NCBI GenBank assembly: GCA_965201075.1
Contig: CBDAVP010000003.1
Coordinates: 62,001 to 126,000 of the forward strand
Direction of reading: 5' to 3'
DNA length: 64,000 nt
Source: Isosphaeraceae bacterium
GTDB lineage: Bacteria; Planctomycetota; Planctomycetia; Isosphaerales; Isosphaeraceae
Shown here: piece after piece, positions 9,755-19,068 of the stretch
Layout: each line of letters starts with the position of its first letter
Numbering within the stretch: position 1 is the stretch's first letter
Position numbers and translations under genes: made by a program
Notes under the pieces: generated by a model
The model's input: only the letters and a program-made list of their open reading frames with translations
Databases searched by the model: none
What the model was told of the DNA's origin: nothing

Positions 9755-10330
9755 ATGAAGAAAGTGTTCACCACCGGCCAGGTCGCGAAGATCTGCAAGG
9801 TCGCGCCCCGGACGGTTTCCAAATGGTTCGACTCCGGTCGCCTTCGAGGCTACCGCATCCCCGGCTCCCAGGACCGCCGCATCCCCCGGGAGCACCTTCT
9901 ACGCTTCCTCAAGGAGCACGGGATGCCCCTGGGGGATCTGGAAGCCGAGGTTTATCATAAGATCCTGGTCGTGGGCGCCGACGCCCCGCTGCTGGGCCTG
10001 CTGAGGGAACACCTCCGCGAGGCCGACGACTTCCGGATCGAAACCGCCGCCTCGGGCTTCGAGGCCGGCATCCGCGCCGAGAGCTTTCACCCCGACTGCA
10101 TCGTCATCGACCTGGCCGTCGGCCGGATCGAGGCCGGGCAGATCGCCCAGAACCTTCGCCTTTCGGCCGACCACATCTCGACGATCCTCATCGCCCTGAC
10201 CAGCGACGAGCCCGGCGAGGAAACCTACAAGCTCGGTTTCAACGACGCCTTCAAGAAGCCCTTCGATGGTGCCTTGCTGGCCGAGAGGGTCCGCCGCCTG
10301 ATCTCCCAGAAGAAGGCCGACGAGCCCTGA
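9755..10330 (+). CDS. Excisionase/MerR-like HTH + receiver-domain regulator
   Basis: FTTGQVAKICKVAPRTVSKWFDSGRL HTH; C-terminal REC fold (PDCIVID, ALTS, KKPF). Confidence 0.88.
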   Translation: MKKVFTTGQVAKICKVAPRTVSKWFDSGRLRGYRIPGSQDRRIPREHLLRFLKEHGMPLGDLEAEVYHKILVVGADAPLLGLLREHLREADDFRIETAASGFEAGIRAESFHPDCIVIDLAVGRIEAGQIAQNLRLSADHISTILIALTSDEPGEETYKLGFNDAFKKPFDGALLAERVRRLISQKKADEP

Positions 10331-10362
10331 AAACCGCTTCGGGACTTCGACCCGCGGCACTT

Positions 10363-10405
10363 CGAGCCCGCGACCGCCCCGAGTTTCGAGGCGATCGCGG
10401 GCTCG
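10363..10405 (+). terminator. Strong hairpin downstream of HTH-REC gene (no U-tract)
   Basis: CGAGCCCGCGA/TCGCGGGCTCG 11-bp stem extended by CGCC/GGCG and CGA/TCG. Confidence 0.5.
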
Positions 10406-10503
10406 GCGCGTCCCGGGAGGTTCCACCCCTCAAGCGTTCCTCGATAGGATAGGACCTGGCCGTCTCCGATGCCCGGTCAACCCTCGACCCCTCGGCCCGC
10501 CCG

Positions 10504-12111
10504 ATGCCGCCGTCCCGGACGACCAACAGCGACCCCCTGGCCCTCGGGCTGGTCGCCGGCCTCGCGGTCCTGCTAACCCTCGCCGATCCGGGCATCACCG
10601 TGGACGAGCCCCTCGACGTCCGTCCCGGTCGGAAGTACGTCCAGACGCTTCTCAAGGAAGGCACCGGCTTCCTCCGGGGACCGACGGTCGCCCGGGTCTT
10701 CCGCGACAACGCCGAGCATCCCCCCCTGGGCCGCTGGCTCCTGGGCGTCGCGTCCACCCTGGGCGAGCCGCTCCAGGTTTGGACGAACGGCCCCGATCCC
10801 CTCGGCGCTTATGTTCTCGCGGGAAGGCTCGCTCCGGCCCTCGCCTTCGCCCTCCTGGTCGCCCTGGTCACATCCACGGGAGGCCGGCTCGCCGGGAGAG
10901 CTGGAGGGCTCGCCTCCGGGTTCGCCCAGATCGCCATGCCCAGGGCCTTCGCCCATGCCCACCTGGGGGCCCTCGACACGTTCATCGCCTTGTTCTGGAC
11001 CCTCGCCCTCGTCCACGCCTTGCGTGCCACCGAGTCGTCCCGCCCCTCACGAGCGATGGCCCTCGCGGGCGTTGCCTTCGGCCTGGCGCTTTTGACCAAG
11101 ATCCACGCCTGGCTCTTGCCTCCGCTGATCCTCCTCTGGTGCCTGGTCCGCCTGCCGACTCGTCAGGCCCTGACCGCTTGGCTGGCCTGGGGCCTGGTGG
11201 GAATCGCCGTGTTCGTCGGGGGTTGGCCCTGGCTCTGGTACGACCCGGTGAATCGCCTGCGCGACTTCTTCGCCACGGGACTGCATCGCAGCCCCATCCG
11301 CGTGCTCTACTTCGGACGACTCTTTCTCGATCGCGATATCCCCTGGCACTACCCCTGGCTCTACTTCGCCGCGACCGTGCCGATCGGGCTCCAAGGTCTT
11401 GGGCTGCTGGGACTGGCCCGAGCCTGGAAGCGTCGGCGAGTGGAACCGGACCCTCTGGCTCTGGCGGTGTCGATGTTGGGGGTCCTCCTCCTCTTTACCC
11501 TCAAAGCCCCCGTTTACGACGGCGAACGTCTGTTCCTGATCGTCTTCCCGGCCTGGGCGATTTTGATCGGGATCGGATTCGCCTGGGTCTGGTCGCTCAC
11601 CGGCGGCTTTCGCATCCGAAGGCTCGCGGTCATGGCCTTCCTCGCGACCCAGGCTTACGGAGTCGTCGCCCTCCACCCGTTTGGCCTCAGTTACTACAAC
11701 GCCCTGGTCGGCGGTCTCCCCGGCGCCGAACGGCTGGGCCTGGAGTTGACCTACTGGGGAGATTCGGTGGATGGCAGACTCCTGAGGCCACTGGTCGCCG
11801 AAGCCAGCCCTGACCAGACCGCGGCGCTGGCCCCGACCCTGGCACCGGGACAGGGGGTATTCGCCACTCCCTCGGCGTTGCTGGGCCGCAAGGTCTACCT
11901 TCGTGATGAGGAGGCCGTTAACGGGGCGACCTGGATCGCGGTCTATCGGAGGGAGGCTTACTGGTCGCCGGCCCTGCGGCGGATTCTCGACACCTCGCGG
12001 CTCGTGGCCGAGCGGACTCGCCAGGGGGTGCGGCTTTCGGCTCTGTATCGCCGGGAGCTGGACCCGTCGAGTCCGCCCCACCCAGCTCAAATTCCCCCCG
12101 GTCCGCATTGA
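10504..12111 (+). CDS. ArnT/PMT-family (GT-C fold) glycosyltransferase
   Basis: [43 protein letters not shown] motifs; multi-TM. Confidence 0.82.
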   Translation: MPPSRTTNSDPLALGLVAGLAVLLTLADPGITVDEPLDVRPGRKYVQTLLKEGTGFLRGPTVARVFRDNAEHPPLGRWLLGVASTLGEPLQVWTNGPDPLGAYVLAGRLAPALAFALLVALVTSTGGRLAGRAGGLASGFAQIAMPRAFAHAHLGALDTFIALFWTLALVHALRATESSRPSRAMALAGVAFGLALLTKIHAWLLPPLILLWCLVRLPTRQALTAWLAWGLVGIAVFVGGWPWLWYDPVNRLRDFFATGLHRSPIRVLYFGRLFLDRDIPWHYPWLYFAATVPIGLQGLGLLGLARAWKRRRVEPDPLALAVSMLGVLLLFTLKAPVYDGERLFLIVFPAWAILIGIGFAWVWSLTGGFRIRRLAVMAFLATQAYGVVALHPFGLSYYNALVGGLPGAERLGLELTYWGDSVDGRLLRPLVAEASPDQTAALAPTLAPGQGVFATPSALLGRKVYLRDEEAVNGATWIAVYRREAYWSPALRRILDTSRLVAERTRQGVRLSALYRRELDPSSPPHPAQIPPGPH

Positions 12112-12135
12112 ACGGGGGGGCGGAGGACGTACAAT
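12108..12135 (+). promoter_or_regulatory. Sigma-70-type promoter for moaC-polyprenyl synthase
   Basis: TTGAAC-N16-TACAAT, 38 bp before ATG 12173. Confidence 0.5.
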
Positions 12136-12172
12136 GCTTTCGCCAGCGTTTCTTGCCGCCCGGGGTCGCCCG

Positions 12173-12685
12173 ATGGACGACTTGACGCACTTTGACCGGG
12201 ACGGGGCGAGCCGCATGGTCGATGTCTCGGCCAAGCCCGAGACCGATCGTTTGGCCAGGGCCAGCGGTCTGGTGAGGATGGAGGATTCGACGCTGCGACT
12301 CATCCTCGATCGAAGCCTGGCCAAGGGGGATGTCCTGGAAGTCGCCCGCATCGCCGGAATTCTGGCCGCCAAGCGCGCCGGAGACCTCATCCCCCTCTGC
12401 CACCCACTGGGGCTCGACGGCGTCACTGTCACCTTCCGTCCCGAAGCCGAGGGGCCTGGGACGCTGGGCATTGATGCCACCGCGCGGGTCCGAGGGCGCA
12501 CCGGGGTGGAAATGGAAGCCCTGACCGCCGTCAGCCTTGCGGCGTTGACGGTTTACGACATGGTCAAGGCCGTCGACCGTGGCGTTGTGATCGAGCGCAT
12601 CCGCCTGGAAGAAAAGTCTGGCGGCCGGTCGGGCCGCTACCAACGCGAGGCGACCAGCGAGATTGAGGGAGGAACCTCATCATGA
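12173..12685 (+). CDS. moaC: Cyclic pyranopterin monophosphate synthase MoaC
   Basis: [54 protein letters not shown]. Confidence 0.97.
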   Translation: MDDLTHFDRDGASRMVDVSAKPETDRLARASGLVRMEDSTLRLILDRSLAKGDVLEVARIAGILAAKRAGDLIPLCHPLGLDGVTVTFRPEAEGPGTLGIDATARVRGRTGVEMEALTAVSLAALTVYDMVKAVDRGVVIERIRLEEKSGGRSGRYQREATSEIEGGTSS

Positions 12686-13695
12686 TCGCCCCCAAGACCC
12701 ACCCGGCGACCACGGGAGGCACCGCGGCCCGCCTCGCCGCGGCCTACCTCCCCATTCAGGCCGAACTCGCCGAGGCCGAGCGCGTTTTCGCCACCGAGTT
12801 GGCCAGTCGCTCGCCGTTTGTCGAGCAACTGGTCCGGCACTGTGGCCGCTTCCGAGGTAAACGCCTCCGGCCCGCCCTGGTCCTCCTGACCGCTCGGGCC
12901 TGCGGCGGCATTCGCCCCGCTCACCCGGTCCTGGCGGCCGTCGTGGAGATGATCCACACCGCCACTCTCGTCCATGACGACATCCTCGACGAGGCCCTCG
13001 TCCGCCGCCACGCCGCGACCGTCAACGCCGAGTGGGGCGAGGAAACCGCCGTCCTGATGGGCGACTATCTGTTCACCCACGCCTTCCACCTCGCCGCCTC
13101 GCTCGACTCAACCCTCGCCTGCCGATGGATTGGTCGCGCCACCAACCTCGTCTGCGAGGGGGAACTCCAGCAGATCCGCAACCGAGGCAACCTCGACCTC
13201 GACGAGGCGGCCTACTTCGAGATCATCCGGGGCAAAACCGCCGAGTTGACGGCTGTCTCCTGCCGACTGGGGGCCCACTACGCCGGGGCCAACGCAGCCA
13301 CCGTCGCCGACCTCGATCGCTTTGGCCGAGACCTGGGCGTCGCGTTTCAGATCGCCGACGACGTTCTCGACCTCTGGGGAGACGAACCCGCTACTGGCAA
13401 AACGCTTGGCACCGACCTTCAGAAGCAAAAGCTAACTCTGCCGATCATCCACGTCCTGGCCAACCTTCCCCCCCGAGAGGCCGCCACCGTCCGCGCTCTG
13501 CTGGCCGATCCCGATGGCGATCATCGCCGAGACCTCCGTCCCCACCTCGAAGCCACCGGCTCGCTCGACTACGCCTGGGGACGAGCCCGCGAGGCCGTCG
13601 CCAACGCTCGGGAGGCCCTCGACGGTCTTCCTGATTCTCCCGCCAGATCCATCCTGCACAACCTCGCCAGTCTCGTCGTTCAGCGCGACACCTGA
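12682..13695 (+). CDS. Trans-polyprenyl diphosphate synthase (IspB/HepT-like)
   Basis: [18 protein letters not shown] (FARM), [13 protein letters not shown] (SARM); ATGA overlap with moaC. Confidence 0.95.
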   Translation: MIAPKTHPATTGGTAARLAAAYLPIQAELAEAERVFATELASRSPFVEQLVRHCGRFRGKRLRPALVLLTARACGGIRPAHPVLAAVVEMIHTATLVHDDILDEALVRRHAATVNAEWGEETAVLMGDYLFTHAFHLAASLDSTLACRWIGRATNLVCEGELQQIRNRGNLDLDEAAYFEIIRGKTAELTAVSCRLGAHYAGANAATVADLDRFGRDLGVAFQIADDVLDLWGDEPATGKTLGTDLQKQKLTLPIIHVLANLPPREAATVRALLADPDGDHRRDLRPHLEATGSLDYAWGRAREAVANAREALDGLPDSPARSILHNLASLVVQRDT

Positions 13696-13763
13696 TCTCC
13701 CTCCGGTCTCCGGCATCCCCGAAACGGCATTCGAGTCCAGTCTTTGGTTCCAGCGATGAATTT

Positions 13764-13804
13764 TGTTGCGAACGCGGGAAAACCGTGTTGCCATTACGGG
13801 AAAA
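13764..13804. promoter_or_regulatory. Tandem operator-like direct repeat TGTTGC-N5-CGGGAAAA x2 (22-bp period)
   Basis: Copies at 13764-13782 and 13786-13804, in an AT-rich spacer upstream of the XRE gene. Confidence 0.65.
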
Positions 13805-13948
13805 TCTGCTAAGGTTCCCCTATCTGACGCAACACTCTGGACGGTGTTTGCAACCGGCAGCGAACGAGGTCGCACCCCAAGGTGGCCTCGTCGAACTTGC
13901 CACGGCCCGGTTCGGCGAACCTGGGCCTTCTTTTCGCCTGGGGACGGT

Positions 13949-14404
13949 ATGAAACATCGTAGTTCCGAGCATCGTTACAGCGAGAAGCTGTACCAAAAGA
14001 TGGTACAGCTCCGCATGACGCAGAAGCAGCTTCACGAGGCCTCGGGGGTTAGCGATTCGGAAGTTTCCCGTATTCTCAACAACAAGTCGCAGCCGGGCCT
14101 TGAGAATGCCTACAAGCTGGCCCGTGCGTTGGGAATCTCGCTCGACTATCTGGCGGACGACGCGCTCGACGCCGACCCGGCCCGCCCGGCCGAGGCGTTG
14201 GCCGGGGGCGAGCAAGAGGTCCTGGAACTGGCGCAGGGGCTTGGTCTCCGCCAGGCCCGTCGGTTGCTGGAAACGGCCACGGAACTCAACTACGAAGTTG
14301 CCATCCGCCGCCTGCTGGGGGCCGAGATGAAGCCCTTGATCGAGGTTGGCGATGGTGGGCACCGCCCCGCGCCGGCCCACCCCTCCCGGGCCAACTCGGC
14401 CTGA
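13949..14404 (+). CDS. XRE/Cro-C1 family HTH transcriptional regulator
   Basis: MTQKQLHEASGVSDSEVSRILNNKSQPGLENAYKLARALGISLDYL HTH_3 signature. Confidence 0.92.
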   Translation: MKHRSSEHRYSEKLYQKMVQLRMTQKQLHEASGVSDSEVSRILNNKSQPGLENAYKLARALGISLDYLADDALDADPARPAEALAGGEQEVLELAQGLGLRQARRLLETATELNYEVAIRRLLGAEMKPLIEVGDGGHRPAPAHPSRANSA

Positions 14405-14510
14405 GGACTGAGAACCTCGACCAACCAATGACGTGACCGCCTCCCCGGCCGCGTCGCTAGGGCGCCCTCCTCCCCCCCCGCATCGCCTGCCCCGCCCACG
14501 AAACTCCGCC

Positions 14511-15947
14511 TCAGAATTGCTTCCGCTGCCGGCTCGACGCGATCCGCAGGGCTTTCCGGTACTTGGTCACGGTTCGCCTCGCCACGGGCAGGCCGGTCCG
14601 CCCCAGTTCCTCCACAATCTCCTCGTCGGAGAGTGGGTTCCCCTTGTCCTCCTTGGCGATGATCTCCAGCAGCTTTTGCTTGATCGTGTCCCAGGCAACT
14701 TCATTGCCATCCGCGTCGGTCGTGCCGCCGCCGAAGAATCGCTTCAGAGGGAAGTTTCCCCGAGGAGTCTGCACCCACTTATCGTCCACGGCGCGACTGA
14801 CCGTGGTGACGTGCACATGAACCCGGTCGGCGATCTGCTGCATCTTCAAGGGCTCGATCGACTCGGGTCCCTTGTCCAGAAAATCTTGCTGGTGCTCGAT
14901 GATCGCCCTGGCCACCTTCAGTAAAGTATTGCGCCGTTGCTCGATCGACTCGATCAGCCAGCGGGCCGATTGGATCTTCTTCTGGATGTACTCGCGGGCC
15001 GCCGGGTCTCCCTGACGGTCCTTGAGCAGCTTCTGATAGTACTTCGAGATCGACAGTTGCGGCGTGTGGTCGTCCTGGAGACGGACACCGTAGCTGCCGT
15101 GCTCGTCGGCCTCGACGATCAGGTCGGGCACCACGTACTGAGCGTTGTCGGCGACGAATCGGGCGCCGGGGCGCGGGTTGAGGCGGCGGAGTTGGTCGAT
15201 CGCTTCCTTGACCTGGTCGATCGGGATGCCGGTGCGTTTCTCGATGGTCGGCAGGCGGTTCTGCTGGATGTCGTCCAGGTGATTGGCGATGAGCACTTGC
15301 AGGACGTCGCGCATCGGCACGTCCGGGGTCAGTTGCAGTAGGAGGCATTCGCGAAGGTTGCGGGCCCCCACTCCGGGAGGGTCGAGCGCCTGGACAAGGC
15401 TCAAGGCGTATTCGGCCTGGGCCATCGTGGCGTCCCCGCCGAAGTCGCGGACCACCTCGTTGAGGTCCAGATGCAGAAAGCCGTTGTCATCCAGGTTGTG
15501 AATGATGTACTCGGACAGTTCGCGGACGGCCGGATCGCTATCCAAAAACCCGAGTTGATCGGACAGGTAGTCGTGCAGGGACTGGGGCCTTGAGGCCATG
15601 TTCTGCATCGCGTCGTGCTTGCGGTCGGCCTCCTCGCTCAGGGCCGCCCGGCTGGGGCGGTGTCCCTCGCCATACTGGTCCGACCAGTCGTCGCCGGGGT
15701 CGAATTCGGGCTCGGTCGACTCGGGCGTCTCGGGAGCGGCCGGGGTTTCCTCCGACTCGCTTTCCGACTCCGGCTTGGTCGCCGACTCCCGCAAGTCGAC
15801 CAGAATCGGGTTCTCGATCAGTTCTTGGTCGATCCGCTCCTGCAGGGCCATCAACGGCAACTGGAGGATTTCCATCGACTGGATCATCCGCGGGGCCATG
15901 CGAAGCCGCATGTCCATTCGCTGATGTTGGGACGTATCGAGTCGCAT
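14511..15947 (-). CDS. rpoN: RNA polymerase sigma-54 factor
   Basis: Gln/Leu-rich region I, DPPGVGARNLRECLLLQL, HVTTVSRAV, RpoN box ARRTVTKYR. Confidence 0.98.
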   Translation of the reverse strand: MRLDTSQHQRMDMRLRMAPRMIQSMEILQLPLMALQERIDQELIENPILVDLRESATKPESESESEETPAAPETPESTEPEFDPGDDWSDQYGEGHRPSRAALSEEADRKHDAMQNMASRPQSLHDYLSDQLGFLDSDPAVRELSEYIIHNLDDNGFLHLDLNEVVRDFGGDATMAQAEYALSLVQALDPPGVGARNLRECLLLQLTPDVPMRDVLQVLIANHLDDIQQNRLPTIEKRTGIPIDQVKEAIDQLRRLNPRPGARFVADNAQYVVPDLIVEADEHGSYGVRLQDDHTPQLSISKYYQKLLKDRQGDPAAREYIQKKIQSARWLIESIEQRRNTLLKVARAIIEHQQDFLDKGPESIEPLKMQQIADRVHVHVTTVSRAVDDKWVQTPRGNFPLKRFFGGGTTDADGNEVAWDTIKQKLLEIIAKEDKGNPLSDEEIVEELGRTGLPVARRTVTKYRKALRIASSRQRKQF

Positions 15948-16035
15948 GGTCGGACCCCGTCGGAAAAGTGTCGTGCGGCCAGAGGTCGGGACGAACGCGA
16001 TGAGGGAAATGAAGAGGGGGGGAACCGGGCAAAGC

Positions 16036-16650
16036 CTAGAAACTTTGCCGGCCGGCCAGGGCGTCGGCCAGCATTTCCTTGTTGGCGAATTCCAACGAAC
16101 CCCCGGAGGCCAGGCCGCGGGCGAGTCGGGTGATCGTCACCCCGGTATCAGCGAGGCGGTCGGCGATGTGCATGGCGGTGCCGTCCCCTTCGAGGTTGGG
16201 GTTGGTCGCTAGGATCAATTCCCGGACCCCTCCTCCCCGAACCCGCGTTTCCAGGGCATTCAACGTCAGGTGTTCGGGTCCAACTCCCTGGAGAGGGGCG
16301 AGTCGGCCCAGCAAAACGTGATAAACCCCCTGGTAGCTGCCAACCCCTTCGAGGGCTTCCAGGTCCCAGGGCTGCTCCACCACGCACACCACGGCCGGAT
16401 CTCGGCGGCCATCGGCGCAGATCGAACAGACAGGAGGGTCGGACTCGGTCAATTGCGAGCAGACCTGGCAGTGATGCACTTCGACCTTGGCCGCCCGAAT
16501 CGCCTCGGCCAGCGCCATGGCCTGATCGACCGGGGCTTTCAGCAAGTGATGCGCGAGCCTTTCGGCGCTACGGGCCCCGATCCCGGGCAAACGGCCCAGT
16601 TCGGTCACCAGCCTGCGGACCGCGCCGTTAGGGTCGACCGCCGTGGCCAT
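16036..16650 (-). CDS. recR: Recombination mediator RecR
   Basis: LPGIGARSAERLA, C4 Zn finger CQVC..CSIC, ELILATNPNLEGDGTA, TRLARG. Confidence 0.97.
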   Translation of the reverse strand: MATAVDPNGAVRRLVTELGRLPGIGARSAERLAHHLLKAPVDQAMALAEAIRAAKVEVHHCQVCSQLTESDPPVCSICADGRRDPAVVCVVEQPWDLEALEGVGSYQGVYHVLLGRLAPLQGVGPEHLTLNALETRVRGGGVRELILATNPNLEGDGTAMHIADRLADTGVTITRLARGLASGGSLEFANKEMLADALAGRQSF

Positions 16651-16653
16651 CGT

Positions 16654-16998
16654 TCAGGCTCCCCCGGCGCCGGGGCCGAACATCTGGCCGAGATTGCCCA
16701 TAGGTAAGGCGCCGGTCATCGACCGCGCCGCCTCCTCACGGGCTTTCCCCAACGCGTGATTTGTCGCCGCCAGGACCAAATCCTCGAGCAGTTCGACATC
16801 CCCGTCGGAGGCCAGTTTCGGGTCGATTCGCACCGCGACCATTTCCAGGCGGCCGTTGACCCGGGCCGTGACCGCTCCACCGCCCGCCGTCCCCTCGAAC
16901 TGCATCACCGAGAGCGTTTCGCCCGCCTTCTCCACGGCCTCGCGGATCTTCCCCGCGTTCTTTAACAGGTCCGCGAAGTTACCGAGTTGATTGAACAC
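16654..16998 (-). CDS. ybaB: YbaB/EbfC nucleoid-associated protein
   Basis: GTAGGGAV, IDP, DVELLEDLVLAA.N.AL; GGAGG SD before GTG 16998; lies between dnaX and recR. Confidence 0.93.
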   Translation of the reverse strand: MFNQLGNFADLLKNAGKIREAVEKAGETLSVMQFEGTAGGGAVTARVNGRLEMVAVRIDPKLASDGDVELLEDLVLAATNHALGKAREEAARSMTGALPMGNLGQMFGPGAGGA

Positions 16999-17057
16999 GG
17001 GAGATTTCCTCCATCGACGGGACGGGGCGGTGCGGTGCGGGGCGGAACAAGGGCGGG

Positions 17058-18764
17058 TCAAGGTTCCGCGGTCTCGTCGGATTCCACGTAGTGGGGACGG
17101 GCCTCGAACAGTTCGATCACCTTGCGAACCATGGGGTCCTGCGCCAGGTCCTCGACCTGAGGTCGGGGCGTCTGCGCCTCGGGAGGCTTCGCCGGCTCGG
17201 CCCGTTCGAAGCGGAACGTGGCCGATCTCCCCAGCAAACTCCCCAGGGTCGACTCGATTTTGGCACGGGTTCCATCCCGTTCGCAGGCGTCGGCGACCCA
17301 ATTGTACCCACCCGGTAAGGGGATGACCAGAACGTTTGGCCCCGAAATTGCATTTGGGCGAATTTTCGACAACCCGGTCCCCGCGTCCCCCAGCCGTTCG
17401 ACCAGAGTTTCCCAGGCATTCAAGACCTCATCCAAGGCAATCGGCCCCTGGCGAGGTTTGGGCGGTGGTTCAACGGCCGGCGGCGGTTCCGGAGGAAGTT
17501 CCGGGGGCGTCAGCTTTTTTTTTTGCGCTAGAGACCCGTCTCCGTCGGACAGGGGTACGTCCACCTCGCCCTCCATCGCCGAGAGCCGGGCGACCAGCTG
17601 CCCCAACTCGGCCAGGTCTCCCAGGCGGGCCACCCGGGCGAGGGCCAGCTCCACCAGAAAGCGTCCGTGGGGGCTGCCTCGTAGTCGAGAGCGGGTTTCC
17701 GCCAGAATTTGCTGGGCGGCAAGGATCGTGTCGAGTCCCCACTGTTCCGCCAATTTCCTGAGTTTCTGAGCCTGGCCGGGCGAGGCCGCGATCAGGCTCA
17801 CCTGGGCCCCGGCGGCGAGAATCATCGCGTCCCTCAGGAATTCCAACGTCCCGGAGAGGACGTCAGCCGCCTGGATGCCCGAACCCACCGCGTTGTCCAG
17901 GGCGACGAGAGCGCTGGCGGGGTCACGGTCGGCAAGGGCGTCGAGAATTCCGAGAATCCGCTCGTCGGCCGCCGTACCCAGGACCCCATGCACGGCCTCG
18001 ACGGTCAGCCGCGACTCCCCCGACGAGAGCAATTGTTCCAGCAGCGATTGGGCGTCGCGCATCGACCCACCGGCGCGTCGGGCCACCACCTGAAGCGCCT
18101 CGGCGTCGGCCGCGATTCCCTCGTTGCGGCAGATCTCGGATAAGGTCTCGACGATCCGCGTCGGGGCGATCCCGGCGAGGTCGAACACTTGACAGCGAGA
18201 CAGCACGGTGACGGGGATCTTGTTCTTCTCGGTCGTGGCGAACAGGAATTTGACGTGCGGGGGAGGCTCCTCCAGCGTCTTGAGCAGGGCGTTGAACGCC
18301 CCGGTCGAGAGCATGTGGACCTCGTCGATGTAATAGATCTTGAACCGCGCCCGGCTGGGCCGCAGTCCAGCGTTCTGGCGGAGTTCACGCACGGCGTCGA
18401 CGCCGTTGTTGCTGGCACCGTCAATCTCGATGACGTCGACGTCCTGCCCCACGGTGATCGCCCGGCAGATGTCGCAGGTGAGGTCCGGCTCATCGGTCGG
18501 CCCTCGCTCGCAGTTCAGGCACTTGGCCAGGATTCTCGCCAGCGAGGTCTTGCCGACGCCCCGGGTGCCGCTGAACAGGTAGGCCTGGGCCACTCGGTCC
18601 AGCCGGATGGCGTTGCGCAGGGCCTGCACGACGTGATCCTGGCCGACCACGTCCTCGAAGCGTTGGGGGCGGTAGCGGCGGGCAACGACGGTGTAACCGC
18701 CGGGGTCGGCCGCTCGGGGATCGGCCGTGATCGCCCCGGCGCCGGTGGCGGGAGTGCGGGCCAC
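17058..18764 (-). CDS. dnaX: DNA polymerase III subunit gamma/tau
   Basis: ARRYRPQRFEDVVGQ, GTRGVGKT, EIDGASNNGVD, IDEVHMLS..AFNALLKTLEEPP, SRC; GTG 18764 with GGAG SD (start uncertain). Confidence 0.97.
   Translation of the reverse strand: MARTPATGAGAITADPRAADPGGYTVVARRYRPQRFEDVVGQDHVVQALRNAIRLDRVAQAYLFSGTRGVGKTSLARILAKCLNCERGPTDEPDLTCDICRAITVGQDVDVIEIDGASNNGVDAVRELRQNAGLRPSRARFKIYYIDEVHMLSTGAFNALLKTLEEPPPHVKFLFATTEKNKIPVTVLSRCQVFDLAGIAPTRIVETLSEICRNEGIAADAEALQVVARRAGGSMRDAQSLLEQLLSSGESRLTVEAVHGVLGTAADERILGILDALADRDPASALVALDNAVGSGIQAADVLSGTLEFLRDAMILAAGAQVSLIAASPGQAQKLRKLAEQWGLDTILAAQQILAETRSRLRGSPHGRFLVELALARVARLGDLAELGQLVARLSAMEGEVDVPLSDGDGSLAQKKKLTPPELPPEPPPAVEPPPKPRQGPIALDEVLNAWETLVERLGDAGTGLSKIRPNAISGPNVLVIPLPGGYNWVADACERDGTRAKIESTLGSLLGRSATFRFERAEPAKPPEAQTPRPQVEDLAQDPMVRKVIELFEARPHYVESDETAEP
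17514..17525 (-). other. Putative recoding (frameshift/transcriptional slippage) site in dnaX: C-A10-G
   Basis: Minus strand CAA AAA AAA AAG CTG A; contains A AAA AAG; both shifted frames stop quickly. Confidence 0.75.
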
Positions 18765-18847
18765 GGCTGGGGCTCCGTCGGGGCTTGGGGGAGAGAGAGG
18801 GGTGCGACCGGGTCCAACCCGAGAGTTCAGGCCTCGGAGGGCCGGGG

Positions 18848-18952
18848 GAGCCGGGGAGGTGCTCCCGGGCACATGGAAGCGATGCTTATGGCTGCTGCGT
18901 TCCCGCCCTGACCAGGTTCGCAAGCCCCCATTGCCCGGGTCCCCCCCGGCTC
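18848..18952 (-). ncRNA. ffs: Signal recognition particle RNA (4.5S)
   Basis: Minus strand GGTCAGG-GCG-GGAA-CGC-AGCAGCC helix-8 motif inside a long stem GAGCCGGGG...CCCCGGCTC; upstream of dnaX-ybaB-recR, a common location. Confidence 0.93.
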
Positions 18953-19000
18953 GCCCGGACCCCCGCCGGCCATCGCGGCGGGCGTCGCGTCGGCCCGTGC

Positions 19001-19029
19001 ATTGTGGGGGATGCCCCCTCACCGTGCAA
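19001..19029 (-). promoter_or_regulatory. Sigma-70-type promoter for ffs(-dnaX)
   Basis: Minus strand TTGCAC-N17-CACAAT. Confidence 0.55.
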
Positions 19030-19068
19030 GGCCAACGTCAGTGACGCCCGCCACCGATCCCATCCTGC

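Noticed and set aside
13838..13852. TGGACGGTGTTTGCA as a sigma-54 promoter of the XRE gene
   Set aside because: Spacing is GG-N9-GC rather than the required N10
18765..19022. N-terminal extension of dnaX in the ORF track
   Set aside because: Overlaps the SRP RNA and its promoter; GTG 18764 has an SD and precedes the conserved N-terminus
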